Positions 1-12,568 of a DNA stretch of 64,000 nucleotides are shown in pieces. The notes below the pieces were generated by a model. The model was given only the letters and a program-made list of their open reading frames with translations, was not told where the DNA came from and searched no databases. Within the stretch, counting starts at the first letter, position 1; each line of letters opens with the position of its first letter. The position numbers and the translations under genes were made by a program. The DNA comes from Felis catus (lineage: Eukaryota). The stretch lies in NCBI RefSeq assembly GCF_018350175.1, contig NC_058368.1:143222001-143286000 (forward strand). The letters are read 5' to 3'.

Positions 1-1774
1 ACACATTTTCAAACTTGGACGTTTTACACCATGATCCAGAACACACACATAAATCTGTATATGACTAAAATAAAGTTTCTACTTTTAACGTGAATTTTAC
101 TCTGATGTTTCCTATTTTATTATGTTTCATTTCTCAGAATGCCATGAATAACCTAAATTGATTTCAAACTGCCAGTCTGGAAGATCTTGGTTTATACCAT
201 CTTTAAGGTCTCTTCTGTTATTTGGGGATTCTAACATTGGCTATAAAACATTCAGTCTTCTATTTCAGGTAGAAATCAAACCAGTTCAGAAAATAATCTT
301 CAAAAATCTTATAAACTAAAGAATATTTAAAATACTCTAACAGGAGAACTATAAGATTGTGTTAATACCTTTAACATAATTAAAAGCTTAAAATGACCTG
401 TTAAATTCTTTTCAGAACTCAAAATATCTCCATGGCTAATCTATAGATTCTACCAAAGAAGCTGTATCTTCAAATCAAAGTAAGTCCTATTAGACTCCCA
501 GGAACAGAGAAAATCAATACATGAATAATTCTAGTTAGTAAATTCAAGTACAAAGGATTAGTAAAACAAACATTCTGAGAATTTGGGGTGTATAAAGTAA
601 AGCAGAAACAGTTTTTACAAATGTTGAATATAAAAGTTATTTCCAAAGCTACAGTATTCAATGCACATGGCTCATTTAAGTGTTAGCCAAAGAAATCAAG
701 TTTGTAATTATATGCAGTGCATTTAAGTCTTTGAAATGGGTCTGCTAAATTTAATAGGAATAAAATTTTTCCTTCCCTTGGCATTTTTTTTAAATCTACA
801 TACTAATCACATTGCTCTTTAATTCTAATTGTATATTCAAAAAAAGTGTGCACTTTATAAATCAATGTGAAAATGCAGTCTTCAGGGAACTCAAAAATTT
901 TCATGTGTTCAGTAATGTTTGTAACAACAGAAAAGAGAATATGCTTACACTGCAATAGTTAAAGCATGATCTCCATGATAATTCTAAGATATGTCTACTG
1001 TTTTATGCAAAATTACTGCATTTTTAGGAACAAAATTAGAATACCTCAAAATCAAATAGTTTTCCTCACACATTCTTAAAAAAAACCTGTAACTAATTTC
1101 TTCTTCCTCAATCTGACCATGAGGTCTCTCAATGTTTGTCTCTGATATGTATAATCTATGCTGCCTCTAACAGTTAACAAATTCAATCGAAATTAGAATT
1201 CTCATGGAAGAGTTTGGATGATATCACTTCACAATTTTTCTGAATATGCTAAAGAATTTGATTTTTTAAGAAGTGGTCTTGAAAAGAAAATAGTTTTCCT
1301 ATGTTGTGCATCTCTTAACTTTATTTAAAATTACCTAGTCAAAAGTTTCCAAAGGATGAAAATTAATTTTAAGACAGTGACTAATAGGTTTTTGTTTACA
1401 TTTGCAAGGCTACAGTTCCACAGACCTCCCTACATCCTAAAAATACCACAGAATAGCAAATAATTAATGTAACTGGTTTAGAACACATTTAAGATACATT
1501 GTATCTTTTTCAAGTACCAAATTCTTTTAAAATTCAGAAGTATGTGAAGATTTATCTTCTGTTAGTTGATATGCAAAATCTAAATCTGACATTAACACTA
1601 ATAGAAGTGACAATAACTTGTTTCCTTCTGTGAAATCCTATGGTGAGATCACCTCTAAGAGTACGGTAAAGCTTAATTTCAGAGTAGGAAGCCTGTTTTT
1701 TTAAAAAAATGTATAACCCTCAAGAACACAGATGAAAGTGGAAACCAGGTTAACAAAGAGGCCTTTTACGGCTG

Positions 1775-1778
<4 letters not shown>

Positions 1779-1805
<27 letters not shown>
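1779..1805. repeat. A27 homopolymer (U27 in transcript)
   Basis: Direct reading; not attached to a SINE body. Confidence 0.95.
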
Positions 1806-1807
<2 letters not shown>

Positions 1808-1963
1808 GTAGAAGAGATTTATAATAAGATATTGTTTCACTGAAAAGTGATTTGTGCTGCAATTAACTAGGTAGCCCTTTTTCTACATAAAGGAAATGTT
1901 CATTCCAGTCCATCTAGCCATCCATAAACTATAAATTATAAAAACCTTTCTGAGGTTAACAGA

Positions 1964-1969
<6 letters not shown>

Positions 1970-1999
<30 letters not shown>
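1970..1999. repeat. A30 homopolymer (U30 in transcript)
   Basis: Direct reading; not attached to a SINE body. Confidence 0.95.
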
Positions 2000-2001
<2 letters not shown>

Positions 2002-2079
2002 CTGACCTGGAATTTTCACTCAGGGTAGTAACTTTGCAAGATTTATCTAAAACCAAGTAAGTTTCCATATTTACACATT

Positions 2080-2113
2080 TTACTTAATCATGATGGTTGA
2101 ATTGAATCTGTAC
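2080..2113 (-). CDS. HOMER1: Homer1a-specific C-terminal tail (read-through of exon 5 donor into intron 5)
   Basis: In-frame continuation RYRFNSTIMIK-TAA, closely resembling the 11-aa rodent Homer1a tail (recalled as RYTFNSAIMIK). Gives 186 aa assuming exon 1 supplies ATG GG. Confidence 0.93.
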
Positions 2114-2253
2114 CTATGTGAAAATGGCAATGCATTCTGAGTTGGTTCAGCCCTTGGTTCTGAGTTCTGTGTCACGTCAGGTGCTCTTTCATCATCTGTT
2201 CCATTGATACTTTCTGGTGTTAAAGGAGACTGAAGATCCCCGCCTGCTGATTC
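2114..2253 (-). CDS. HOMER1: HOMER1 coding exon 5 (140 nt), contains SPLTP P-motif
   Basis: Translates ESAGGDLQSPLTPESINGTDDERAPDVTQNSEPRAEPTQNALPFSH plus AG. Acceptor ctccctttttttaaag|GAA, donor AG|gtacag, ends in phase 2. Confidence 0.97.
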
Positions 2254-4599
2254 CTTTAAAAAAAGGGAGGTAGGGGATAAAAGTGTTACGCTTTTGTTAA
2301 AATACACAAGATTATCTTCAAGTTAAGAGTGACTCTGATGTATGTTTACTTACAAACCATATTTCCATTGAAATATGAGTCAAAGATTTAAAAAAGGAAA
2401 TTTAAAGGAGAAATAATTTTTTAAAGCAAAGCAACTCATAAAACTATCTGAAACAATACAATTTAGAAATGTAAAGATAACACAATTTAGAAATGTAGTT
2501 TCAAAGAATTGAAAAGCTTTTGGGTTTATATAAGCAATTAATTGGTTAGAAGAAAAGATATTCAAAGAATTACTGAAGAAAAAGAAGATAGCACAAAAAT
2601 GGAAGAAAATGTGATTTTACTTGGGGAAGTAGGAAGGCAAAGGGAAGAAAGAAATCAAGTTTTAATTTTTTTATCTGCCCTACTTTTCAGTTCCAGAGTT
2701 ATCTACAAAAGCAGCCAGAAATCTCTCTGTAACATATACAAAGTGAGTTTATTTCAGCTTTTCTTGCCTGTAACTCATAATGGAATTATTTTTCTTCACA
2801 AAATTTTCTGTCTTATTTCTACTTTTAATTAAGATTTGTCTATCAAGGCAAACTTAATTTATTCTTCTGGAAAACAAGTGGACTTTAAAATGCAGCTCAA
2901 ACTGACACTTACTATTGTCACTGCATCATAAGATTATCTAAATTTGGTATTAGTAGAGATCAGAACGAGGGCTCATTGGACAAACCTGTTAACCAGGGGC
3001 AATCTTAGCATGGGATCATTAAAGTGCACCTTTGTGGACCCCTTGGGATCTCTGGGCACTGAAAGTTTACAACTGAAATATTAGGCTATGCTAGTGAAGA
3101 AAATGAAAACATCAGTGTCCAAGAGGAGAGTGGGTAGGTATGGTCACCATCTGCCAACTTGAAAGAATACAGGTTTTCTTCAAATAAAAACAAGACAGGC
3201 ACCTGAGCTGGTTTAGTTCCTAGAGCATATGACTCCTGATCTCTACTGGACTGGAATCTCTACTCTAGAGTTTACTTTAAAAACAAAAATAAAAACAAAA
3301 CAAAACAAAACAAAAAACCCAACCAACAAGAAAAATATGTGTAATACAGGAAAATGCTTAGAATTAGAAAAATATGTAAATATAAGGAAATATCTAGATT
3401 ATGATAGTTTATATACTTTACCTAAAAATATTGTACATGGAGAAATGTTAGGAATATAGAAACTATTACTGTGGTGAGAGTAACTTTCTTTTGTGGGTTT
3501 CTGGTTTTAAATTGCATGTATTTTATTTCATATGTAAATATTTTAACTCATTATACCATAATGCTATTAATTATACAAGCTTATTAAAGGTCAAAAGGCT
3601 ACTTTCTTGATTCCACCTTATCACTTCACTATTTTTCAATTATTAATGGAATTTCCATATTGACCTTTAATTTCATTCTCCTAAATCCTCTTTGTTTCTA
3701 GTAATTGATGGTCAGTCCAAGAATAAGGTTTACAGTATAATGTTACAACATAAAACCATATCCAAGGTGGTTAATTCTAGGTCAGTTATGGGTCACGTGA
3801 ATCAGCCAGAAAAAGTTTAAGCAGCAAGAAGAAATTAATCAGAGCTATTCCTCTCCGAGAAAGACCAAACCAAACTAAAATAATCAAGGTGGACTGTCCA
3901 ATCAGCTAAACAGTAAGTTGATTCAGTGGAAATGAGAACAAAATAAGTTACGTTGTTAACCTGAAAGGGCATAACCAGCATTAGCAACTAAGGATTCACC
4001 TAGAGATTTGCTAGAATTGACTGGTATGAGTGTGAGGAACAAAAGTAGATCAGGATTAAAAGAGAGAGAAGAAAGAGGGACAGTTGTTTGATTTCTGGTT
4101 CTCACTGCCTTCGGGGGAAAATGAGTGTTTGGGTGCATGGTCTTGGGGGGATTAGGAAAGCTGATGTTACTTAAGTAGAAAAACCATTTCAGAGGCAGGA
4201 GAAAAAGGAAGAAGGAAGGAGAGGAAGAAAGCGATCGAGGCTGCGACAATTCCAGTATCACAATTCAACAAGCTTTTCATTAGAAAACTTGAATATTAGC
4301 TATATTTAATGAAAGGTAGATTTAGTTACCCTAGACATTATATCTAAAGTGAAAACAAAAAGCCCAGAGCATGTTTTTTTTTTTAAAGCAGATTAAAAAT
4401 TCATAAAATCCTAAGAAAGAGTTCCAACAGTGCATTGGAGCATAAAAGGAAAATGAGATTCCTTTGACTTTTAACTGCCCCACAGGTAGTGAAAAGTATT
4501 CTGTGAAACCTTCCAGGAATTTCATATATGCTGAAAATAGCACAGCTGCTTTAACATATTCCAAACATCTAGTTCTTTTTTAATCTAAATTTTGTGTAA

Positions 4600-4813
4600 T
4601 TTTTAAAAATGTTTATTTATTTTGAGAGAAAAAGAGAGAGAGAGAGAAATCAGGGAAGGGGCAGAGAGAGAGAGAGAAAGGAAGAGAATCCCAAGCAGGC
4701 TCCATGCTGTCAGTGCAGAGCCCAATGCAGGCTCAATCTCACGCCTGTGAGATCTCGACCTGAGCCAAAATCAATAGTCAGGTGCTCAACCCACTGGGCC
4801 ACTCAGGTGTCCC
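4600..4813 (-). mobile_element. CanSINE (SINEC)
   Basis: tttatttattttgagaga...(GA)n...gaatcccaagcaggctcc...ccactcaggtgtccc is the reverse complement of a CanSINE. Confidence 0.9.
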
Positions 4814-4979
4814 TAAAGGTGTACCTTCCATAAAGTCAACATTTTCTATCTTTAATTCAAATATTAAAATAAAAAACTTGGAGATGTATTTATGTGACTA
4901 GAAACTTTTCAAAGAAAAAAAGGGTAATTTGTCTTTAAAAAGACATTCCATTTTTTGTTTCTACAGTGCTGTTAATTCT

Positions 4980-5185
4980 TTTTTGTTTTTTTTAGTTTAT
5001 TTATTTTGAAAGAGAGAGAGTGAGCGAAGTGGGGAGGGGGCAGAGAGAGAGAGGGAAAGAGAGAATCCCAAGCAAGCTCTGCACTGTCAGCACAGAGCCT
5101 AATGTGGGGCTTGAATCCACGAAGTGAGATCATGACCTGAGCTGAAGTCAGATGCTTAAAACTGACGGAGACACCCAGGTGTCCC
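4980..5185 (-). mobile_element. CanSINE (SINEC)
   Basis: Same reverse-complement structure, ending acacccaggtgtccc. Confidence 0.9.
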
Positions 5186-6559
5186 TAGAAAGACATTCTT
5201 AAGCTAATATGGCCATTTTAAGGAAAAAATTATCACACAATACCTTCTTTGATATATGTATGTATGTATATACATACACCAAAGGTGATAAGAGAAATGA
5301 AAAATGTAAAACATAAAATGCGAAAACGTAAAACATGAAAAACAAATGACCTGGGCCCTCTCTCCAGGCCTTAGGGTAGTATCACCAACATCCTCTCTGG
5401 TGTCTGTGCTGCAGTAGGAGGGTGGGCCGGAAGGATGTGATGGCACTGCCCTTCCCCACTAGACTAAATACCACTAACATCTTCCCTTTAATTCCAATAA
5501 AGACTAAATGAAAATTCCTGTTACAGTTTCATCCTTTCTGACTTCAGTAAAACAGAGCCTCTTCTCTTAATCACTTAACAAATATTCAAAGAAGACTTAT
5601 TCTATTTCCTGTCGCTTGTATTTAAATGAAGATGAGAATACTCTTTTCTGGGCAGAGGCTCAGACAGGAAAAACTGAGGGACAACCTTAGGATTTTGAGT
5701 TCCCATGGCTGTGGATACGGAAAAAGATGCTAGGGAAGAGACACAGAAGGGCAAAAAGATATATAAAGGAAGTTAAGGTTAAGATAAATGTCTACCATCA
5801 CAAAGCATTCCCTTTACCTGGTAACCATCTCTGAAATCCCACTTTCTGACAACCACAGAGTCTCTTTGTACCCTGACTCTAGATTAACTCATGTTCTTCC
5901 TTCCCTATGTAAAGTGTACGGACTGATGCACAGTGCTACTGGGTTAATCTCTATTCTGCATATTCTTGTACCTACCAGCTGCATTAAATGATAATCAAGA
6001 ATCAGCTGTATCTGTCCCAAACATGTTTATGCCAATTGTATTCATATCATTATATAGTTCAATTACATATTATACAAATTAAGAAAATCTGAATGCAAAC
6101 CTAGAGTGGTTATTTTGATGAAAATCAAACTACATGCTTTGAAATGACTAAAAGGTAAATGACTAGAAAATAAAATCCACTATTGAAGTCGCTGTATATA
6201 ATAAACGATTACATAACATACATTATATGCTACCCATATAGTATCAGAAAAATGACATAAAAATCTACTATCATACTCAGATTTCTTTGCAAGTGACAAG
6301 AGTCAGCTCTACTTAAAGGAAAACAAGAAATTGCTGACAATTAATGAACATGGTTTGTGTCAGAAAGAACATGGAATTCCAATCAAGATTCATATTCAAA
6401 GAGAACACTTGACCTTTAAATAAAAATATTGGCAAATACGTACAACACAGTATTACTGAATTTTATTTTACAAATTCTTAAAGATTTTTTAAAAACTTCA
6501 TCATCGAAACTGACTTTTTTCACTAACTTATCAACTACTAATGTTGATTCCAACAGGTA

Positions 6560-7900
6560 ATAGGTGCTGTACAACCTCCTATCCTCTCAACCTAACCTGC
6601 TCTTTAACCTGGTATCTTTTGGCCCTCTGCAATTATCCTACTTTGTGAGGTGCAATCTCTCTACACTCAGCCTAAACCAGAATGCCAATCACCTTAATGA
6701 TATTCTCACTAGCATCATCCCAATTTGGGGGATTCCTTTACCTTCCACAATAACTATCTTGCCAATTTCCAATTTCTCATCAACTGAACCATCATTCTCT
6801 ATTCTTACGTGCCCAAGCTATCAAGTTTTGAGAGAAAATACTGTTAGGTATGCTGATTAGTGTCATGAAAATAATCCTGAGCTCTGACTTCAATTATGCT
6901 CTTGAAATACTGAATAAGCTTTAATTTTACTTACTACTCCCACTGGACTCTTCTTTTTTACTTTACCTAACAGCTGTTCCAAATCTGTGTTCAAGCCTCC
7001 TCTCTCTTCAAGCTGTCCTTCCTCTCAGTGAATGACCCAACTCTTCCATCCAGAGAAAACAGAAATAAACTGGCATGGGTTTCCTCGGTCTTCCTCCTAC
7101 CTGTATCTGAATTCATTTTTATCCTTCCCTCCTGTCTCAGATGAAGAAGTGGCTCATTTGTCTCTAACCTCCTCGCTTACATTACCTTCCCCTGCACAAT
7201 GCTCCATCAATGATCCATTCTTTCTATTCTTCTCTTTGTCCTTTACTGACTCCTTCCTTACATTTTAAAACATATTCAAATCACTCCCACACATACATAA
7301 AAGAAATATTCTTAGCTTCACATCCTCCAGAGATTATCATGTTGACTCTAATTCTCCTCATAGAAAAGAAACAAGTATTTGTGACCTTATTCTCACTATC
7401 AAACATTTCCATCTCAAGAATACCTTAAAATCACCAATTCTACTTCCTTTAATTCTAGAAACTACTTCGCATTGTCCTTTCTTCACTAACAGTCCACCTG
7501 TAATTACCAATGAACTCCAGTTAGGCTTAAAGTACTCTTAAGTTTCATCCTACTAGAACCCCCCTATGACACTGCCAAATCATCGCCTCCAACTGAAAAT
7601 GCTCTTCTCTTGACTTCTGTGCTAACATTTCCTGCTGGCTCATTTCCTACCACTTTTCAGTGTCTTTCCCTGTATCTTCCTCAATTTAAGTGACAATCTT
7701 CAAATGACAATTTTTGACCCTGTCTTCCCCTATCTTTGCATTCTACTTTCTTTCTGGATGATGTCATTCTCTCCTATAGCTTTAACTATACTCACTTGTT
7801 GATGACTCTTGAGACTTCGCTCCAATTCAAAATATCTAACTACATACAGGACACATCCCCTGATGCTCAATTAGGATACAAATTCAGTATGTGAAGTGGA
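6560..7900. mobile_element. Degenerate LINE-2 fragment(s)
   Basis: Long pyrimidine-rich stretch with L2-like motifs (ctctcttgacttctgtg, cattctctcctatagctttaactata...gatgactct). Confidence 0.55.
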
Positions 7901-9301
7901 AATCTTCTGAAATTCATGCTACAAAACAACAATAGAAGTTTCAAAAACATCCAGCTCCTGTTTTATCAGCCTCCCTCACCATTCCTTCAACTGCTGTATT
8001 TCCTCCAAGTTGGGTCAATTTCACCATTGTCATATCTATTTCCTCCTCTCTATTCTCACTGCAAACACCTAGGAGGTAAACCCAATAGAGAAATGGATAA
8101 ATACTCCACTGAGGCAAGTAACAGGATTAGAGACTCTTAAGTCCACTGTCCTTACTTTGGACAGCAAACCATAATATCCAGAGAATTCTAGTGAACCTTT
8201 CCTGAGATTGTTTTGAGCTATTTGGCTCAGTAAAACCACTTTTGTTATGTGATAGTAAGAAATTATCACATTAATTTATAGGCATTCGCTAATTCCAATG
8301 GTATATTTGTACGCTAGATATGTAACTAATACAGTTCATAGTAGTAACACTTGGCTAATACAGACCACCTTTCAAAAAAAATCCATGTATAGCAAGTAAC
8401 ATCCTTTTTTAAGAAAATCTGAAGTATTTGAGATTTATTATACTTGAAGTGTCCAAAGAGATCATATAATTCAAACCTCTGACCTTACAGATTTAAGAAC
8501 TACTACTCACGCAGGCCAAGTGACTTGTAGAAAATCAAATAGCTAGTCACAGAGATACTAACTATCAGTTACAAAAAAACAGTGCCTCATTTGAGTAAAT
8601 ACAATTTACCATTAAAATGAACATTAAAAAATTATGGTATTTATAACAAAGCTAAAGAAACTTTGTTCCTTCTTTAAATATACACATACAGACATATTCT
8701 ACTTTTTCTATAAAGTGAATTTTTAAAAATCTGAGGAAAAAAGCTAGTCTAAATATAGATTAAGAGGCTACAACATATCTAATACTATACAACCTGACAA
8801 TTTATATGGGGAGGGGGGAACCTAACTTTTGTTTGACTACAAACAACTAATGCATTAATATTTCACTCCATGTAAAAGTCTTAGTGAACTGTCAGCTAAA
8901 ACTTATTTTTTTCTAAACTCCAGTGAAGAAAAAATTGCATTATTTTGACTATGTAGCCCCTTTTAAAGCCAATCATCCCTCTTGATTTTATGTCAAGATT
9001 ATTAAAAGATTCCCATGGAAACACAAGAAGAGAAGATCTCCAAAAGAGGAGAAGTTCTAAATTAATGTCTGTTATTTAAAGAAGGACATGAAACAGACTA
9101 ACAACAAATACATGATTCAACTTATTCCTGGAGTTGTTTTTTCCTGATAAAGACAACATAAAGACTACCTGACATGACCACACATTCTATCAAGTGTACA
9201 AACTTAGCCCAAGAATTTAAGAATGGGGAAGCAGCTAACTCGGTTCTAAATGCCCGACTCTCTTCATTACATGCCCTTAGGGATGAGGAATAGTTTGTCT
9301 A

Positions 9302-9465
9302 CAGCACTGCTTCTCAAAGTGTGGTCCCCAGATCACATCTCCTGGAATGCTGTCATCAGAAATGTAAATTCTCAGGCCCCATCTCAGCCGTACTAAATCA
9401 GACATGCCAGGAGTAGGACTCAGCATTTTGTGTTCTGATAAGTTTTCCAGGGTACTCTGACGCAG
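9302..9465. mobile_element. MER5A-like hAT-Charlie DNA transposon fossil
   Basis: ttctcaaagtgtggtcccc...agaaatgtaaattctcaggcccca...ctaaatcaga matches recalled MER5A consensus. Confidence 0.75.
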
Positions 9466-9479
9466 GCCACATCACCAAT

Positions 9480-9920
9480 AACAGCTGTTAGCACTTAAGC
9501 ACTTACTATATAATAAGCACTTTGTAATCCTCATTTAATTCTCACAACAACCTTCCAAGGAGATACTGTTTCTTTTTTTTCCATCAAGTTTTTAATTTTA
9601 ATTCTAGTATAATTAACATACAGCATTATATTAGTTTTAGGAGATATTCTCATATTATATATTAAAAAAAATAACTTGCCTAAATTAAAAAAAAAAGACA
9701 AACAAACAAACAAACAAGCAAAAAAAAAACTAGTAAGGGCTGGAGCCCAGATTAAAAAAAAAACAGGCTATAAAACCTACATTAGTGCCATTATCATTTG
9801 ACATTGCCATTATCATATTTATCCTCTCCAACAATCCTGTAGTGTAAGTATGTAATTCCCATGTTACACATGTATGAACAGACCTAGGTGAAGCCATTTT
9901 CCCAATATCACATAGTGACC
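9480..9920 (-). mobile_element. MIR fragments interrupted by a short carnivore L1 3' end (about 9570-9640)
   Basis: MIR core catttaattctcacaacaacc; L1 tail ttttaattctagtataattaacatacagcattatattagttttagg. Confidence 0.6.
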
Positions 9921-11219
9921 AAAAAAAAAAAAAAAAAATTATGTACAAGTTTGTCTCACTTGAAAACCCATACTTTTCAAAAGCTATGACCAACTGAGTG
10001 ACTACCACTATCAATTATTCCATTTAACTTCTTGATCTCCTTAATTCCTGAGTAGTAGTCTATTCTTCAGGCAGAGTGTTAATTTAGCAGGTTAGGTTAA
10101 ATCAGGGAGAATCAAACTCTACTCTCCAGATGAGTATAATCAGAGTGGCCAGCAGTCATATATTTCAAAGTAAAACAGAGATATTAATGACATATGTAAG
10201 AGAATGTCACAAAAAGGAGGCGGAGGAAATGGAAATGAAAATAAGTATATATTTTTAAAAATATTACTCTGCTTTGTACATCAAATTAGCAACCAGACTT
10301 CAAATGTTTTGAAAAGACAACTTAAGGTCAGTGTATTTTGGCTCTCAAATACTGATGAACTTAAGATCTTTTTTAGTCCTTCTATTTCATAGTATTTTCC
10401 ATATATAAACATCTTGGATATACTCTTTTGATGAAAGTGAAGGCTTAAAGACATTCCTACCACCAAAGAGGGGCAGATATCTTACCAGCAACTTGCTCAT
10501 GGCCAATTAAATAGAGACATGTTATGATCAGAGAAACAAGAACTAAGTACAACGGCCAAGTGTAATCAATTGTAATTTTATTGGAGTCCTTTGCTTATTC
10601 TCTAACTGCATGTGCTGTAATATCCTCTTACAATGCTAGAATCATTCACCTGAGGACCTGGAGTTCCCAACATGTATTGGTACTAAACTTTAAATAGGTT
10701 TTTATGAAAAGTATACTCTAACTCCTGTAGCACTTAGGGAAGAGAGATTCAACGCAAGTTTCAAAATGATCATTCATGTTATTCCAGGTCAATGCAAATG
10801 TTGAGGAGGTACAATGGAGCCTTGGCACACCTTTAATCTATGAGGAAATATGTACTTTAAGCATAGTTAATAGAGCTCTCTTTTTCTGTAAAAACAAAAC
10901 AAAACAAAACAAAAACAAAAAAACCCACCCAACTCTTTATACCAGTAGGGTTTATCAAAACCCAGTGGGGTGCCAGGTGTGAGGTGGAAGGTGAAGAGCA
11001 AAAAAATTTCAAAAATGGCTAGTCACTAAATTCCCAGGCAACTCCGATTCACTTCCTCAAGTTTTATGTAAATCTGCTACTACTGACAATATTCCAGAGA
11101 AACATTTATAACATCTGATTTTTCCTTTTCATGTAAACTCCTGAGTATGCTTCAAAAACAACTGCTATAGACAAGAACCCAGCCCAAACCTGAACTCTAC
11201 ACTTAGGGCACAAATTTAA

Positions 11220-11413
11220 ATAAAAATTTATTTTATTTTATTTATTTTTGAGGTGGGGGGAGGGACAGAGAGAGAGGGAGAGTGAATCCCAAGCAGGCTC
11301 CATGCTTTCAGCACAGAGCTGGACATGGGTCTGGCACTCACGAACTGTGAGATCAAAACCCGATCTAAAATCAAGAGGTGGACATTAACTGGTTGAACCA
11401 CCTAGGCATCCCT
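11220..11413 (-). mobile_element. CanSINE (SINEC)
   Basis: ttatttatttttgag...gaatcccaagcaggctccatgc...accctaggcatccc. Confidence 0.88.
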
Positions 11414-11779
11414 GAAAATTAATTTTAGAAAAGCCTATTAAAAAAGTTGAATCATACCATGTACATTAAAACCTCTGTAAAAGTACTGAAATAGGAGTAT
11501 TTAAGGAACTTAACTCGGAGATCTAATTAATTTCCAAATGAAGGAAGATTATGATGGGCAAGTCACAGTATTAAATCAATTGTTAAAGGAAAATTGTTTG
11601 GGTCTCGGTACTAAGTATAAAGATGTCCCAACTGTCAGATTTAATTACACTTAAAATCAAGGAAAACAGACTAAAATCAAATAAAACAGATGTTTTTTTT
11701 TAAATTTTCTATGTATTTGACATTTTGACATCTTAAAAAAAAAAACCTTTCTGGCTAGCCAATTCTTAGAGCAAGGAGG

Positions 11780-12180
11780 TAAGATGGGGGCATGCTTTTG
11801 ATATGCAAACTAACCAACGCAGAGCTCTACCTCCTTCATCAGGCCCACACACCCAGGATGTAAAATTCCTCTGCCTTAATCATCCCAGAGCCAGATACCA
11901 GGCAACAAGGGAATACCCTATAAGTTTAGAGCCTACAGAAATTATTCAACAAGCCAAATAAACTGTCTACCCTGCCCTGCCATTCCCAAGGAAACTCCAA
12001 TATAGCTCTAGCCTCAGCTTTTCCCATGCTCCTGCTTTCTGCCTCCTGACCACCCTGAGGCTTCCCTATGTGCCCCTCAGATGTATGCTATGCTGCCTTT
12101 TTCTAAGACCTGTGAGTACAATAAACTCATTTTCCTGAGCCTCTCCTGTGTCTCCTCTTGTGATTGACCATCACAGAACA
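11780..12180 (+). mobile_element. ERVL-type solo LTR fragment (MER73/MER74-like)
   Basis: atgcaaactaaccaa..cagagc, taatcatcccagagccagataccaggcaac, gaaattattcaa, tgtgagtacaataaac resemble the recalled MER74-family consensus. Confidence 0.65.
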
Positions 12181-12475
12181 TAAAACATTAGGCCAATCTA
12201 TGCTTTTTACACATGATTGTTTTAAAGTTATATGCACATCAAAAAATCTGAGTTATAATTATTAAACTCATTTCCTCCCCAGATTCTTGCAGACATTGGC
12301 ATACAGCAAAAAACCACCTTTCTCCACTATTACAGATTAAGTGAAGGGCATATTCTATGTCCACTTTGGAAATTACCTTAAATTTGCCATTGTTTTCCCA
12401 AACGTAACCCTGGCATAAAGGATACCATCGGAAATGAGTGAGGCTCAAAAATAGGAATAGAAATTAAATACCCAC

Positions 12476-12568
12476 CTGTGAAGGTGTACTGGTAAGTTCC
12501 ATCTTTTCTTGTGATTTCTCCTTTGCTAGTCGAGCAGCTTCTTTAAATTCCTGAAACTTTTCTGCGAA
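12476..12568 (-). CDS. HOMER1: HOMER1 coding exon 4 (93 nt), EVH1 C-terminal helix and linker
   Basis: Not in the ORF track; read manually as FAEKFQEFKEAARLAKEKSQEKMELTSTPSQ. Acceptor tttatacattcag|TTC, donor CAG|gtgggt, phase 0/0. Confidence 0.97.

Larger units (their letters stand above)
1..2079 (-). other. HOMER1: Homer1a 3'UTR / proximal intron 5 (may continue beyond window start)
   Basis: Follows the Homer1a stop. No recognisable interspersed repeat; AU-rich, with U30 and U27 tracts and minus-strand AATAAA at 1320-1325 and 116-121. Confidence 0.8.

Noticed and set aside
1..2079. Ania-3-type alternative terminal exon or exon 6
   Set aside because: No SAISKHWEAEL-type exon 6 coding sequence or recognisable alternative exon seen; would lie further downstream, outside the window.
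10780..10830. Short similarity of the reverse complement (gcattgacctgg) to U2 snRNA
   Set aside because: Match is about 12 nt and does not extend.
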